From assembly GCA_049968255.1 (NCBI GenBank), contig JBMFRB010000004.1, positions 128,001-192,000 of the forward strand: 64,000 nucleotides of DNA. Direction: 5' to 3'. Position 1 is the stretch's first letter, and the number at the start of each line of letters is the position of its first letter. The stretch is from Candidatus Sumerlaeaceae bacterium. Its GTDB lineage: Bacteria; Sumerlaeota; Sumerlaeia; Sumerlaeales; Sumerlaeaceae. The notes beneath the pieces are model-generated. The model saw only the letters and a list, made by a program, of their open reading frames with translations. It did no database searches and was not told the DNA's origin. A program made the translations under genes and the position numbers. Below, one piece after another: positions 1 to 11,556 of this stretch.

Positions 1-770
1 GACGAGTTGTCCGGGGCGAGTTGCAACCCGCGCCCCCCGGGCCAGAAGCCAAAACAGCGGGGATGAACCCACGCAAGCAGCCCTTCCCCATCACCTCCTC
101 ACCTACTCCTACCGAAAAAGCATCGACTTCCCCCGAGATGGAAATTTCCGAAAATGCGCCCGCAGCTGCGACTGTTGCGCCCCCTGCACAGCGAGCCAGC
201 AGTCTGATCTTGGGCCGCGTAAAACAAAGGCTCTCCATACGTAAGTCCGCCAGCCCAGAACCTCGGCTAGCGCCCGTTTCCCCGCCAAGTGGTCCCAGTG
301 AAGGCTCGCCGCAGGAAGAAACGCCTGAGCCAAACGCTGTTGCTCCGGTGCCTGTACAAGGTGCTGCTCCGGGTCAGTCGATTGTGCGCACTGGCGATTA
401 TTCTCCCATCGAACAAACCGTGGCGAAATATCACGCTGCAAGCGGCCCGCAGAGAGTTCGTCCGTCGGGCGTTTCTCATGAGCTGCGCAACTCCACGGCA
501 CGCATCCGCACAAATTTCACCGCTGGCGACGCCGCAGCCGTCCAGCAAGAAGCGGATTCCATACGTGCCCGCATTTGTACCCTTCGCTCTCTGGATTCCC
601 TTACACTTGAAAAGCGCCTCAAGGTCTCCTCGATTTGCCGCATGCTTGATGATGGCCTCGATATGGTCGAGCAGGGGCAACGCGCCGGAGATGAAACCAT
701 GGTCCAACTCGGCCTTGAAAAGATCCATCAAGCGAGCGAATTACTCGAACCACTTGATGGCGAGGAATGA
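1..770 (+). CDS. Hypothetical protein, probably 5'-partial; Pro/Ser/Ala-rich region followed by a C-terminal helical domain
   Basis: Frame is open back to the window edge; low-complexity region followed by a charged amphipathic helical tail; stop at 768-770. Confidence 0.6.
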   Translation, partial: RVVRGELQPAPPGPEAKTAGMNPRKQPFPITSSPTPTEKASTSPEMEISENAPAAATVAPPAQRASSLILGRVKQRLSIRKSASPEPRLAPVSPPSGPSEGSPQEETPEPNAVAPVPVQGAAPGQSIVRTGDYSPIEQTVAKYHAASGPQRVRPSGVSHELRNSTARIRTNFTAGDAAAVQQEADSIRARICTLRSLDSLTLEKRLKVSSICRMLDDGLDMVEQGQRAGDETMVQLGLEKIHQASELLEPLDGEE

Positions 771-828
771 AGGATTTACTGATCCTCGCCGCCAAATGCA
801 CCAAGGCTAAGGCGCGAGGCACCAGCGG

Positions 829-1374
829 TTGATTTGCAGCGATTATAATTTTGCATTTACGCGGCGCCGCTTCCTGCGTCCTTGTCTGACCACGGAAGAA
901 ATCCACGAGTTGGAACAGCTTGAAAAACTCTGCTATCCGCCCGCCGACCGCTACGATTTTCGCACCCTAAGAATGTTTTGTTCTCTCAATGGCATTGGTA
1001 TTCTCCGTTACTACGAAGAATCACTTCCTCAGCGGCCTCTCGTGGGCTTTCATCTCTTCGATTGTCTCAATGCCGAGCTCATTACCCTCGACGTCCATCC
1101 TGAGTTCCGCGGACGAGGGATTGCAGGCCAGCTCCTCTTGCTTTCCCTTAAGAAGCTCAGAGCCCTTGGTCATACCCGCGCCACGTGCGAGATAGCGGTC
1201 AACAACACCGTATCGCTTCACTTGCACAAGAAGTTCGGTTTCAAGCCATGGCGCCTTCTCAGGAATTACTATGGTGCGGGCCGCCACGCCTATCTCATGC
1301 GGGCGAACCTCGGCGCGCTGGCGCAGCTCCAAGCCGACACCCCGTCACTCCTCCAGAGTCCCGAAGTGTCCTAG
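829..1374 (+). CDS. GNAT-family N-acetyltransferase (RimI-like)
   Basis: Acetyl-CoA motif LDVHPEFRGRGIAGQLL; NNTVSLHLHKKFGF and RNYYG as in RimI-like proteins. Confidence 0.8.
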   Translation: MICSDYNFAFTRRRFLRPCLTTEEIHELEQLEKLCYPPADRYDFRTLRMFCSLNGIGILRYYEESLPQRPLVGFHLFDCLNAELITLDVHPEFRGRGIAGQLLLLSLKKLRALGHTRATCEIAVNNTVSLHLHKKFGFKPWRLLRNYYGAGRHAYLMRANLGALAQLQADTPSLLQSPEVS

Positions 1375-2595
1375 TTCAACGCGGCACGATTTCCCCTGGC
1401 ACGATTTCGGGATGTGGTTACGCAAAAAGTTTTGCCGCATCTCGACCGCCCGCTCGCTGTTCCAGATTTCCTGAAGAGGTCTGCGGTTGAGATTTCCCCA
1501 GCTCGCTGCAGCCCAACAGCACGGCCGAACGTCACCGTCGGTATCTATGAGTAAAAAGTACCAGGGATAATGACACTTTTCTACAAGCGTTTTCCCGCGC
1601 GTCGAAAGTTGAGCCAGTGCCTCGCTGGCGTGCAAAACTTGAACCGCCTCGCAACCGTTTTGCGCGATTGGCTCTCCTTCGCAGTGCTGATTTATCAGTC
1701 GGCGTTCTTTCTCAGAAAGAACGTGGGAAATCAGATTTCGGAAGCCCAGGTTCACAGAGATCCTAATGGGAAGGCCTTCGGCTTTTCGAAGCGTCTGGAC
1801 CAACATTTCCCGCGCTAACCCCACATGATGTCCGATAAACTCCGCCTCCAGCTCTCGATTTTCAATTTCCATGATCTGGATGCTAAATGTCTCGAATCCG
1901 TGTTCGAGAGCAAAGTCCAGAAGCTGTGGCATTTCACGTAAGTTGCGCTCGAGAAACGTCGAGGCCAGTGTCATTGTCGGCCATGGAGAGCGCAGCTTCC
2001 GTTTCCAGCGGTTGATTGCTTCAAGCGCATGGCGCACCTTTTCGATGCTGCCCAGCACTCGCATTTGCGCATACAAGTCAGGAGTCACGGCGTCCACGCT
2101 CACGAAAAGGTGCGCCACGCCGCCTTCCACAAGCATCTGCGCGCGCGTATCGTCAATGAGGTTGGCATTTGTCGTCATTGCCAAATTGTGCGAGCCCAGC
2201 TCACGGTGACGTTCGAGGATTCGCCCGAGTTTCGAGTAAAGCAGCGGCTCGCCCAGGGGCGTCAGCGTGATCATTTCCGGGTAGGGGAGCAGATCTAAGA
2301 CCTCTTCGAGCACTTGCCCGCTAATTTCTAGCTCGCTCTTGTCCAACTGACGGAGCGCCTGCTGCGTTTCGGGTAGAGTCAGGCGACAGAAGTTGCACTT
2401 GAGGTTGCAAGTCCAATTCGTGCCGATCTGCACATGACGAGGATAGCTGGCGAGCCTGGTGCGTCCCTGCCAAAATTCCTTCCAGTTCAGGGCCGCATTC
2501 GCTGCCTTCACGGTCTCCCCGCGCGAAAGCTCCGCTCTCCACCGCAAGTGTTCGCGCTTCACCCATTGTCCAATTCGGCGGATCGTGCTGTGCAT
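1345..2595 (-). CDS. Radical SAM protein with a C-terminal SPASM/twitch domain
   Basis: CNLKCNFC (CX3CX2C), LGEPLL, TTNA; C-terminal CHYPW...DGDVRPCC...GNL...LQEIWNS...CQGKSC. Confidence 0.9.
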   Translation of the reverse strand: MHSTIRRIGQWVKREHLRWRAELSRGETVKAANAALNWKEFWQGRTRLASYPRHVQIGTNWTCNLKCNFCRLTLPETQQALRQLDKSELEISGQVLEEVLDLLPYPEMITLTPLGEPLLYSKLGRILERHRELGSHNLAMTTNANLIDDTRAQMLVEGGVAHLFVSVDAVTPDLYAQMRVLGSIEKVRHALEAINRWKRKLRSPWPTMTLASTFLERNLREMPQLLDFALEHGFETFSIQIMEIENRELEAEFIGHHVGLAREMLVQTLRKAEGLPIRISVNLGFRNLISHVLSEKERRLINQHCEGEPIAQNGCEAVQVLHASEALAQLSTRGKTLVEKCHYPWYFLLIDTDGDVRPCCWAAASWGNLNRRPLQEIWNSERAVEMRQNFLRNHIPKSCQGKSCRVELGHFGTLEE

Positions 2596-2712
2596 CAGTT
2601 TTGACTTACCGCTGCCGTGGGTAAGTGTTTATATTCTTCAGATTTGGCGCATCTCATTAAAAACTTGAGAAATTCTATCGTAATTCCACGAAAAGCTCAC
2701 AAACATGGAGCG

Positions 2713-5700
2713 ATGACTGTGCGGCGAGCACAAACGCTTGTGACGATCTTTTGCTTCGCAATGTGCGTGGTGGGCGCTGCCGGCCCAAAGCCAACCACGC
2801 CGTCTCGACGAGCCACCAGCGACAAAGCCCCGCTGCTAACTGCGCCACTTGAATTGCGCCGCGAAACCGTTGTCGCACGGCTAACTGCGCTCTCAGACGC
2901 CACAAGTATCCCTTCTGCACTCCGAGATTGGACCTCGGCCACGCTTGCCCAGGCCGCTGATGCCCTCGCCCAGGCCGAGTCGCTTGAGGCTGAGAAAGCC
3001 TCTTACGAGTCGGAGGTCTCCTCGGTGACAAGCCGCACAGAAGAACTACGCCAAAAGTTGCAAAAGCTCGCTGAGTCTCATGCGCTCGATGTTCCCACCT
3101 CGGCCACATCAGCCCAAATCGCTCAATGGCTTGCGCAAAAAGAAGCCGAAGTCGCCGAGCGCGAAAAGGCACTGCAAAGCCTCGAAGCTGAGCTGAACGC
3201 TCGCGAGCAACGCCGCTTGGCCATTCCCAAAGAAATAGCCCAGGCGCGCCAACAACTGGAAAAAATCGAAGCAGGCCAACTTGTGCCGCCAGCACCAGAT
3301 GCTTCCCCCGACTGGGAAACCCTCCGATCCGCCGCGAAAAACGCCCTTACTCTGGCTCTCCAGAAGAAAATTCAGACGCTTGAAGCCGAGCTAAAAATGC
3401 TCGACTCCACGCGAGACTTTTTTGACTTGCGCCACGAGGAAGCGCAAAAGCTGCTCGCGGCATCGAAAAACGATCTCGTTTCACTACAGAGGGCAGCAGC
3501 GGAAGCTCGCCAACGTGAAGCGCAAGAAGCAATCCAACAGGCTCGGCGCGCACGTTGGGAAGCCGCTCGCATGCACCCAGCTCTAAAAGAAATTGCGGAA
3601 GACAACGAAACCCTTGCCCGCCGTCGAGCCAGCGAGAACGGAGTGCCCGCTCGCATTGCTGCCGTTTCTGCCGAGCTCGAAGTCACGAAACAAATGCGCG
3701 CGCGGATTCAATCGAGCTTCGAGGCTGTGCGTAAGCGCCTAGAAATCCTTGGCAAAACCGCTGTGGTTGGTCAACTCATGCGCAAGGAGCGCGACGATCT
3801 GCCTTCGCCCCATGAGCTTTCGCGTCAGCTCAAGCGCTACATGGCCGAAATCAGTCAGGTGCAGGCTGAGCTCATGGACGCGCGTGAGAAGCGTTCGCAA
3901 TTGCCTGCACTTGAGAGCCGCTTGCGCACGCAGCTCGCCTTAGATGCGCGCATGACCACCGAAGACGTCGCACAGGTGGTCTCCGCTATGATCCAACAGC
4001 GGCGAACCCTGCTCGATGCACTCATCACGGACCTTGATGAGCTTTTTAATAAGCTAACAGAAATTACAACAACCTACGCTCTTCTCATTCAGGAGGTTAC
4101 TCAATACGCGACGTTTTTGGAAGAGCATATTCTCTGGATTCGTAGTGCCAGGCCCTTTTCGCTTTCTGAAATCCGCCGAGCCGCGGAGGCCCTGGCATTT
4201 CTCACTGGTCATGCAACGTTACAGCGAGTGTTCCTCACGGTATCGGGCGATATCGTGTCCCACTGGGTTTTATATCTTGGCGTCTTTGCTGCTCTTGCTG
4301 CAGGCACAATTTGGAAAAGACGGAAGCGTCATCACTTGGCCGACTTGTTCCCCCGAGAGCAACCGCATACGTTGCTGCTGGGGTCATCTCATGCCTCACA
4401 AATACTTTTCTTGCTGCTAGCTGATGCCCTCATTCCCTGGGTACTTGTTTTGACTTTTATAGGATATCGCTTACTTGAAGCCACTCAGGGTTCGACATTG
4501 ACCGATGCAGTGGCCAACGGTTTGATCCGAATTTCTCTTTTAGTTTTTCTTACGAATCTCGGATCAAGGCTCGCTCTGCTCACTGTATCGCTAACGGGCC
4601 AGTCAGCTTGGCACCGCCTCAGAAGAGCAATTATGTTGCTTGGCGGACTTTCTACCTTGCTGTTCTTTGTTTTCGTTCTCGCGCGTGAAGCATGTCCGCG
4701 TGTCCTGGGCGACTCCCTGGAACGGGTTGTTTTTCTTCTCACAATGACCGCATGGGCCTTGGCGTTTTTCTGGCTTTTTGTTCAAAAATCTGTTTGCGAG
4801 GCGGTTCTTGGACAACTCATTGGTCCACGTTACAGCCGCATACTTCCTTACTTGGCTACTGCGGGTTTTCTCATTTTGGTCGCGCTTGGCGTTCTTTCTG
4901 CGCTCGGCTTTCATTATTCAGCACTGCAAATTCTTGCTCGTCTTGCTAAGTCGTTAGCAATTATCGCCATTGTCTTTATGAGCATCTACCTGCTTGAAGT
5001 TTGGCTTCAGCGCTTACTCCGCACACACACCCTTCCCCACTTTCTGCCCGCGTCAGGGCAAAGACAGGAGAGTAGCGACCCGGCCAATGTGGCCCACTCA
5101 AGGGACACGAAGGACTCGCATGCGCTGGTGGCTCAGGTCCGCCGGATGGGACGTGCTGTCGCATGGACTCTCATTGCGATTTTGCTTTGGTTTACGTGGT
5201 CCGACATGCTGCCCGCGCTTGCGTTCATTACCCGCATCCCCCTTTGGGAAAGAGGAGAAGTGGTGGCTGGTGCACCGGCGGCAGTCACGCTAGGTGATGC
5301 ATTGCTCGCTCTGCTTGTTGCCACCATCACCGGTGTGCTTTTGCGCAACATTTCTAGCCTCGTTGAGCTTCTCCTGCTGCGCTCGACCCACCTTGACCAA
5401 GGTACCCGCTATGCCATCGCGGCGGTCGTGCGCTATGCGATCCTCATCAGCGGAGTCATAGCAGCATCGCGAAGCCTCGGTCTTACCTGGAAGAGTGTCC
5501 AGTGGCTTGCTGCAGCCGTAACAGTTGGCTTGGGCTTCGGGTTACAGGAAATTTTTGCTAACTTTGTATCAGGACTTATTCTATTGTTTGAGCGGCCGGT
5601 TCGTGTCGGCGACTGGATCACAGTCTCTGGAACGACGGGGGTTGTGACGCATATTCGCACGCGTGCCACGACAATCCGCGACGCCGATGGTAAGGAACTC

Positions 5701-6045
5701 TTGGTGCCAAACAAACTCCTGATCACGGGCGCTGTTGTGAACTGGACGCTTTCCAACACCGGGACGCGGTTGTCCTTCGACATCCGGACAACTCCGGCAG
5801 CCGATGAGCGGACCGTGCGCATAGTACTCCGCGAAATTGTCGAAAAGGAGCCACGCATCAGTGCGCATCCAGCTCCGACCGTGTTGCTCGACGGGCTTTC
5901 TAACACCGAGCAACGTTTCCGCCTTTTTGTCTATACGAACCGCATTGAAAATAGAGAAGCCGTTAAGGACTCCGTTCTCAGAGCAATTCGACAACGTTTC
6001 GCCGAATCAGAAATCGACCTTCTCTTGCTCGATTGCCAACTATGA
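2713..6045 (+). CDS. Large mechanosensitive channel, MscK/KefA-like (MscS family)
   Basis: Signal peptide, long coiled coil, many TM helices, MscS core GLGFGLQEIFANFVSGLILLFERPVRVGDWI; start moved to ATG 2713 behind GGAG. Confidence 0.9.
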   Translation: MTVRRAQTLVTIFCFAMCVVGAAGPKPTTPSRRATSDKAPLLTAPLELRRETVVARLTALSDATSIPSALRDWTSATLAQAADALAQAESLEAEKASYESEVSSVTSRTEELRQKLQKLAESHALDVPTSATSAQIAQWLAQKEAEVAEREKALQSLEAELNAREQRRLAIPKEIAQARQQLEKIEAGQLVPPAPDASPDWETLRSAAKNALTLALQKKIQTLEAELKMLDSTRDFFDLRHEEAQKLLAASKNDLVSLQRAAAEARQREAQEAIQQARRARWEAARMHPALKEIAEDNETLARRRASENGVPARIAAVSAELEVTKQMRARIQSSFEAVRKRLEILGKTAVVGQLMRKERDDLPSPHELSRQLKRYMAEISQVQAELMDAREKRSQLPALESRLRTQLALDARMTTEDVAQVVSAMIQQRRTLLDALITDLDELFNKLTEITTTYALLIQEVTQYATFLEEHILWIRSARPFSLSEIRRAAEALAFLTGHATLQRVFLTVSGDIVSHWVLYLGVFAALAAGTIWKRRKRHHLADLFPREQPHTLLLGSSHASQILFLLLADALIPWVLVLTFIGYRLLEATQGSTLTDAVANGLIRISLLVFLTNLGSRLALLTVSLTGQSAWHRLRRAIMLLGGLSTLLFFVFVLAREACPRVLGDSLERVVFLLTMTAWALAFFWLFVQKSVCEAVLGQLIGPRYSRILPYLATAGFLILVALGVLSALGFHYSALQILARLAKSLAIIAIVFMSIYLLEVWLQRLLRTHTLPHFLPASGQRQESSDPANVAHSRDTKDSHALVAQVRRMGRAVAWTLIAILLWFTWSDMLPALAFITRIPLWERGEVVAGAPAAVTLGDALLALLVATITGVLLRNISSLVELLLLRSTHLDQGTRYAIAAVVRYAILISGVIAASRSLGLTWKSVQWLAAAVTVGLGFGLQEIFANFVSGLILLFERPVRVGDWITVSGTTGVVTHIRTRATTIRDADGKELLVPNKLLITGAVVNWTLSNTGTRLSFDIRTTPAADERTVRIVLREIVEKEPRISAHPAPTVLLDGLSNTEQRFRLFVYTNRIENREAVKDSVLRAIRQRFAESEIDLLLLDCQL

Positions 6046-6055
6046 GGTGGCTGAA

Positions 6056-6787
6056 GTGAGTTCCGGACAAAAACATCAAGACGTTGGGGCTTCCGCTACG
6101 TGCGGCTCGATCGGGGCGCCGGAGAGCCGGAAAGCCCGTTGCATCTGGGGAATCTATGTGATCACAGACGCCAGGTTAGCTGGGCGTCCCCATGCTGAAT
6201 TGTGTAAGGAAATTGTCGCCGGTGGCGGTCGTGTCTTACAACTGCGCGACAAGCGACTGTCGCGCGATGAGTTGCGACCCATTGCTCGCGAGATCCGCAA
6301 AATCACAGCCGATCATGGTGTCATTTTCATCGTCAACGATGATCCTTATCTCGCAGCCGAGGTCGAGGCCGACGGGGTTCATGTCGGTCAGGAAGACCTT
6401 GACGTCCCTGCAGTCCGCGCGATTGTCGGCGAAGAAAAAATTGTCGGACTCTCCACGCACAATATCGCGCAGGCCTTTGCCGCAGAAAAACTCAGCGTGG
6501 ACTATATCGGGGTCGGCCCGATTTTTCCCACCCGCACAAAAGAAAATCCGTGGCCGACTGTCGGCGTGGAACTGATCCACCAGGTCCGCCAGAAAACATC
6601 GCATGTGATTACGGCCATTGGCGGTATTCGTGAAGAGCATATCCGCGACCTCGTGATTGCTGGCGCGCACAACATTGCACTGATTGGCGATGTGATGACG
6701 GCGCCTAACATACGCGAGAAAGTCTCCCGACTGTGTGAACTCTACACCCAGGCGCTAGAAGAACGCTGTAAGCCTCGCCGAGAATAG
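6056..6787 (+). CDS. thiE: Thiamine-phosphate synthase
   Basis: IYVITD, QLRDK, FIVNDD, DGVHVGQED, GLSTH, DYIGVGPIFPTRTK, AIGGI; GTG start approximate. Confidence 0.92.
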   Translation: MSSGQKHQDVGASATCGSIGAPESRKARCIWGIYVITDARLAGRPHAELCKEIVAGGGRVLQLRDKRLSRDELRPIAREIRKITADHGVIFIVNDDPYLAAEVEADGVHVGQEDLDVPAVRAIVGEEKIVGLSTHNIAQAFAAEKLSVDYIGVGPIFPTRTKENPWPTVGVELIHQVRQKTSHVITAIGGIREEHIRDLVIAGAHNIALIGDVMTAPNIREKVSRLCELYTQALEERCKPRRE

Positions 6788-6808
6788 GGGAGAACAAGCC
6801 TCCTCCAC

Positions 6809-7882
<1,074 letters not shown>

Positions 7883-7981
7883 AGTTCTGCCTATCGTTTC
7901 ATTTCGAGAAAACATTTTTTCTAGAATATAGTACTCAACAAGTACACATTCTTGTGTCTATTTAGTGTGAGAACATTGCCA

Positions 7982-10081
7982 ATGAGCATAACAAGGCACT
8001 CCCAGTCGGATGAACCGCGTTTCACTAATCGCCTTGCGAACGAAACGTCCTTATATTTGCGTCAGCACGCACACCAGCCCGTAGATTGGTACCCTTGGGG
8101 CAACGAGGCTCTTGAACGTGCTCGCCGCGAGAACAAGCCCGTCTTTATCTCCATTGGCTACAGTGCGTGTCACTGGTGTCACGTAATGGCACACGAGTCT
8201 TTCGATAATGAAGAAATTGCCTTCTTTCTCAATCAGCACTTCGTCTCGATCAAGGTGGACCGAGAAGAGCATCCCGACGTGGACGCAGTTTATATGAACG
8301 TCTGCATGGCACTCAACGGCTCCGGGGGATGGCCCTTGACCGTATTTACAACGCCATCGCTTCATCCGATTTTTGCGGGAACTTATTTTCCGCCGACCGA
8401 CCGCGGAGGGCGGATTGGCTTCCGCACTCTGCTCGAACGCATTCTGCGCCTTTGGCAAAGCGATCCGCAGGCCCTCCAACAACAAGCGCTCACGATGACC
8501 CGCGAGCTTCAACGCTTGCTCGCCCATGAGCCGTCCCTTGCTCCTGTGACTGCTGCACCGCGCGAGCTTCTCATTGCTGCCGCTGAGGAAAATTTCGACT
8601 CGCAGCATGGCGGCTTCGGCCATGCGCCAAAATTTCCGCCCGATACCCTCTTGAGTGCGCTTCTAGCAGCGGGCACAAAATACCGCGATACACGCGCGCT
8701 CAATATGGTCGAGTTCACGCTCGACGCTATGATGCACGGCGGCCTGTACGACCAGCTTGAAGGGGGCTTTGCGCGTTATTGCGTGGACGAAGACTGGACG
8801 GTTCCACATTTCGAAAAAATGCTCTACAATCAGGCATTGCTGATCCCGCTGTACGCAGATGCCTCCGTTGTGTTCGAGCGAGCAGATTTTCTCGACGTAG
8901 CTCGCGAAACCGCTGAGTGGGTCCTCTGCAAAATGCAATCGCCAGAGGGTGGATTCTACTCGGCGCTCGACGCCGACAGTGAAGGCGAAGAGGGGAAATA
9001 CTATGTCTGGACTTCCGAGGAGCTTACCGAAGTTCTCGGTCCTGAGTTGGCGGAATTTGCAACGACGTATTTTGAAATTCCTCGAGGTGGAAATTTCGAG
9101 CGGGGATCGAGCGTTTTGCGACGAGCCCGTCACCCACAGCACTTAGCGGCACGCTTTGGCCTGACGCCTGAGATGGCCGCGCAGCGGATCCAAGATATTC
9201 GTTCGCGTCTACGCACTGCTCGCGAGCGACGTATCCCGCCTGCTACCGACGACAAAGTGATCTTGGCATGGAACGCCCTCATGGTTTCTGGGCTCCTGCG
9301 TCTCGCTCAAGTAAGTGGCATTCCACGATATGCCGAAGTGGCTCAAACGACTGTAAGGTATCTGTGGGATCGTCTTAGGCCAGCAAAGGGAAAGCTTTAC
9401 CGAATCCTCGCCGTCAAAGAAGCTAAAATTCCCGCCATTTTGGAGGACTATGCTTATCTCATTCAAGCAATGCTTGATCTTTACGAGTATACGCTCCTGC
9501 CCGAATATCTCGCGCTTGCACGTGAACTCGCCGAGGAAGCGGTGAACAAGTTTGTGGAGCCCCAGAGGGGCCGAATCTACTCGGCACTACCCGGTGATTC
9601 ATCTCTCATTTTACCCCTCGAAAACATTCACGACAGCGCTTTGCCATCGCCAGCGATAAGTTTAGTGAAATCTTTGCTCCGCCTCGATCTCATCACGGCG
9701 ACAGATGAGTGGGCCCACGTGCGCCACCTGGCTTTGTCCCGCATCCGCAAGGTATTCCGTCTCTCACCCCTCTCTGCGGCGACGGCCTATCTTGTCGCGG
9801 AGCTCGATTCCTGCCCCATTGTTTGCACCTTTTCCGGGAATCTCCTCGCGCCGCAGCTGCGTGAGATTCATTCAGTGCTCATGCAAAATTACCTACCTAC
9901 CCGAATCGTACGCGTAGCTCACACCGAAAGCCAAGATATGTCAGCTCCAACCTCGGCGGACTCGTTTGTTGTGAGTGGTGCAAGCCTTAAAATTTGTCTA
10001 GGCGATCGGTGCCTCGAGCCGATCTACTCAGCTGCGCACCTCAAGGCGCTGATGGGCAACGAGTTACTGGCCTCTACTTGA
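7982..10081 (+). CDS. Thioredoxin-domain protein, YyaL/SSP411 (DUF255) family
   Basis: [56 protein letters not shown]. Confidence 0.92.
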   Translation: MSITRHSQSDEPRFTNRLANETSLYLRQHAHQPVDWYPWGNEALERARRENKPVFISIGYSACHWCHVMAHESFDNEEIAFFLNQHFVSIKVDREEHPDVDAVYMNVCMALNGSGGWPLTVFTTPSLHPIFAGTYFPPTDRGGRIGFRTLLERILRLWQSDPQALQQQALTMTRELQRLLAHEPSLAPVTAAPRELLIAAAEENFDSQHGGFGHAPKFPPDTLLSALLAAGTKYRDTRALNMVEFTLDAMMHGGLYDQLEGGFARYCVDEDWTVPHFEKMLYNQALLIPLYADASVVFERADFLDVARETAEWVLCKMQSPEGGFYSALDADSEGEEGKYYVWTSEELTEVLGPELAEFATTYFEIPRGGNFERGSSVLRRARHPQHLAARFGLTPEMAAQRIQDIRSRLRTARERRIPPATDDKVILAWNALMVSGLLRLAQVSGIPRYAEVAQTTVRYLWDRLRPAKGKLYRILAVKEAKIPAILEDYAYLIQAMLDLYEYTLLPEYLALARELAEEAVNKFVEPQRGRIYSALPGDSSLILPLENIHDSALPSPAISLVKSLLRLDLITATDEWAHVRHLALSRIRKVFRLSPLSAATAYLVAELDSCPIVCTFSGNLLAPQLREIHSVLMQNYLPTRIVRVAHTESQDMSAPTSADSFVVSGASLKICLGDRCLEPIYSAAHLKALMGNELLAST

Positions 10082-11195
10082 ACCAGGCCAATAAACTTGG
10101 AACCAGGGGGATGAGTGAAATTGCTATCAAGATAATGATAATCCACTCTAGGGCTTCGAGACGTCGCGTGGCGGCTCGGTCGGAGAGTTTCTGATAAATA
10201 CTCTCCAGCGCACTCAGCTTGCGCAGAATACTTGCGTCCCAATCAGGAAGATGGAAACGTCGCGAAGTTGCCACGTAAACTCGGGCCAGCCACTGATCCC
10301 CCAGTAACTTTAGCGCATTGTTCACACCCTCAAAAAGGATAGCGCAGTCCGCCTGGAGTTGGGCTACGCGCTCAATTTCGTGATCCACGCTAAAGAGCTG
10401 TTGCCACCACTTTTTCGGCGGTCCCGTGAGCGTTCTATAGGCTTGTTCGAGACCGTCGTCGAGTTCCTGATCCATGCAGCGCATCTCAAGCAACTCGACG
10501 TTAGCAAACTCAAGTACGGTGCGCACCTCCTCCGGATTTTCATCGAACACAATGGCCGACGCCCAGTCAATAATAGTAAGGTCATTCGGGCCGCAACTCA
10601 TGCACACGGAAAGAGCGTCAGCAATTTCCTGACTAGAGAGAGGGAAATCTTCTGCGCGAAGAATCTGCGCCATGACTCCCCGTTGTGTCGTGAGAAAGGA
10701 TTCCGGTGTTTGCGCACCGCAGATAGATAAAATCTCGTAAATAAAATAATCCTCTACAAAATCGCTAACCCGTGGTCGCACAATAGCATCACGCACGATC
10801 GCAACGATTTCCTCCACTTGTCGGCGAGAATCCGACAGCAGCAGAGGATTGTCGTAAAGTGCGCGGCTGAGCTGAAGAACCTCTTCGAGGCCACCCGAAA
10901 ATGGAATACAGTAGGAGAGCTGAGCGGCGCCGAAGTCGAAGAGCGTCACTTCCACCGAGGCCTCGCTGCGAAACTGCGCAATGGGAAAACTTTGCGCACG
11001 TCGCGTCACCCGCACAGGCAGGGGTCGATATTCAAAGTACGGCGGCGCTTTCCGCTTGTGGCGAAGTCCGCCGCGTTTTGATTCCTCAGCCAAAATTCTC
11101 TCGCACGCATCCAGATCTATTGCCATCCCCACATCGTAAGCAAAAAGCGCAATGCACTCCCCGCGCTCGATTTTGACCTGCGGACCGTTGTTCAT
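10074..11195 (-). CDS. Conserved hypothetical protein, RMD1/DUF155-like, with a C-terminal TM helix
   Basis: Long ORF; C-terminal [14 protein letters not shown] resembles RMD1-family tails; start uncertain. Confidence 0.6.
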   Translation of the reverse strand: MNNGPQVKIERGECIALFAYDVGMAIDLDACERILAEESKRGGLRHKRKAPPYFEYRPLPVRVTRRAQSFPIAQFRSEASVEVTLFDFGAAQLSYCIPFSGGLEEVLQLSRALYDNPLLLSDSRRQVEEIVAIVRDAIVRPRVSDFVEDYFIYEILSICGAQTPESFLTTQRGVMAQILRAEDFPLSSQEIADALSVCMSCGPNDLTIIDWASAIVFDENPEEVRTVLEFANVELLEMRCMDQELDDGLEQAYRTLTGPPKKWWQQLFSVDHEIERVAQLQADCAILFEGVNNALKLLGDQWLARVYVATSRRFHLPDWDASILRKLSALESIYQKLSDRAATRRLEALEWIIIILIAISLIPLVPSLLAWFK

Positions 11196-11303
11196 TTTTG
11201 CGTTCTTTTCCGACACCGGCGTCTCTCCCGCACAACTCACCACGACCACTAGGAGAGATCGCCTAATGCGCCAGCCAAAAGTCAACCCAGAGCAGGCACG
11301 CCG

Positions 11304-11540
11304 TCATTGAACCTCGAAGACTTTTTCGCGCGAACTAGCGCCGCGGACCAACACAAGCCGGCTTGGCGCCAGTCCTAGCTCGTTCCCCAAGAGCTTGCAC
11401 ACAGCGTCGTTGGCCTTGCCTTTGTCGGGAGGCGCCGTTGTCCAGACTTCGAAACGGTCGGGGCCATGTTGCTCAACTTTCTCACGCCGAGCACGTGGAT
11501 GTACCTTCACAAAAATAACTTTAGCCTCTGCTTTTGCCAT
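11304..11540 (-). CDS. DUF167 (YggU/UPF0235) family protein
   Basis: VKVHPRAR...TAPPDKGKANDAV...LVRGASSREK. Confidence 0.88.
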   Translation of the reverse strand: MAKAEAKVIFVKVHPRARREKVEQHGPDRFEVWTTAPPDKGKANDAVCKLLGNELGLAPSRLVLVRGASSREKVFEVQ

Positions 11541-11556
11541 CTGTGGTCGCGGTTAC

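Noticed and set aside
5837-6055. Long N-terminal extension of ThiE, or a TPP riboswitch upstream
   Set aside because: The region overlaps the MscK-like CDS; a better start exists at about 6056; no TPP aptamer motif was seen
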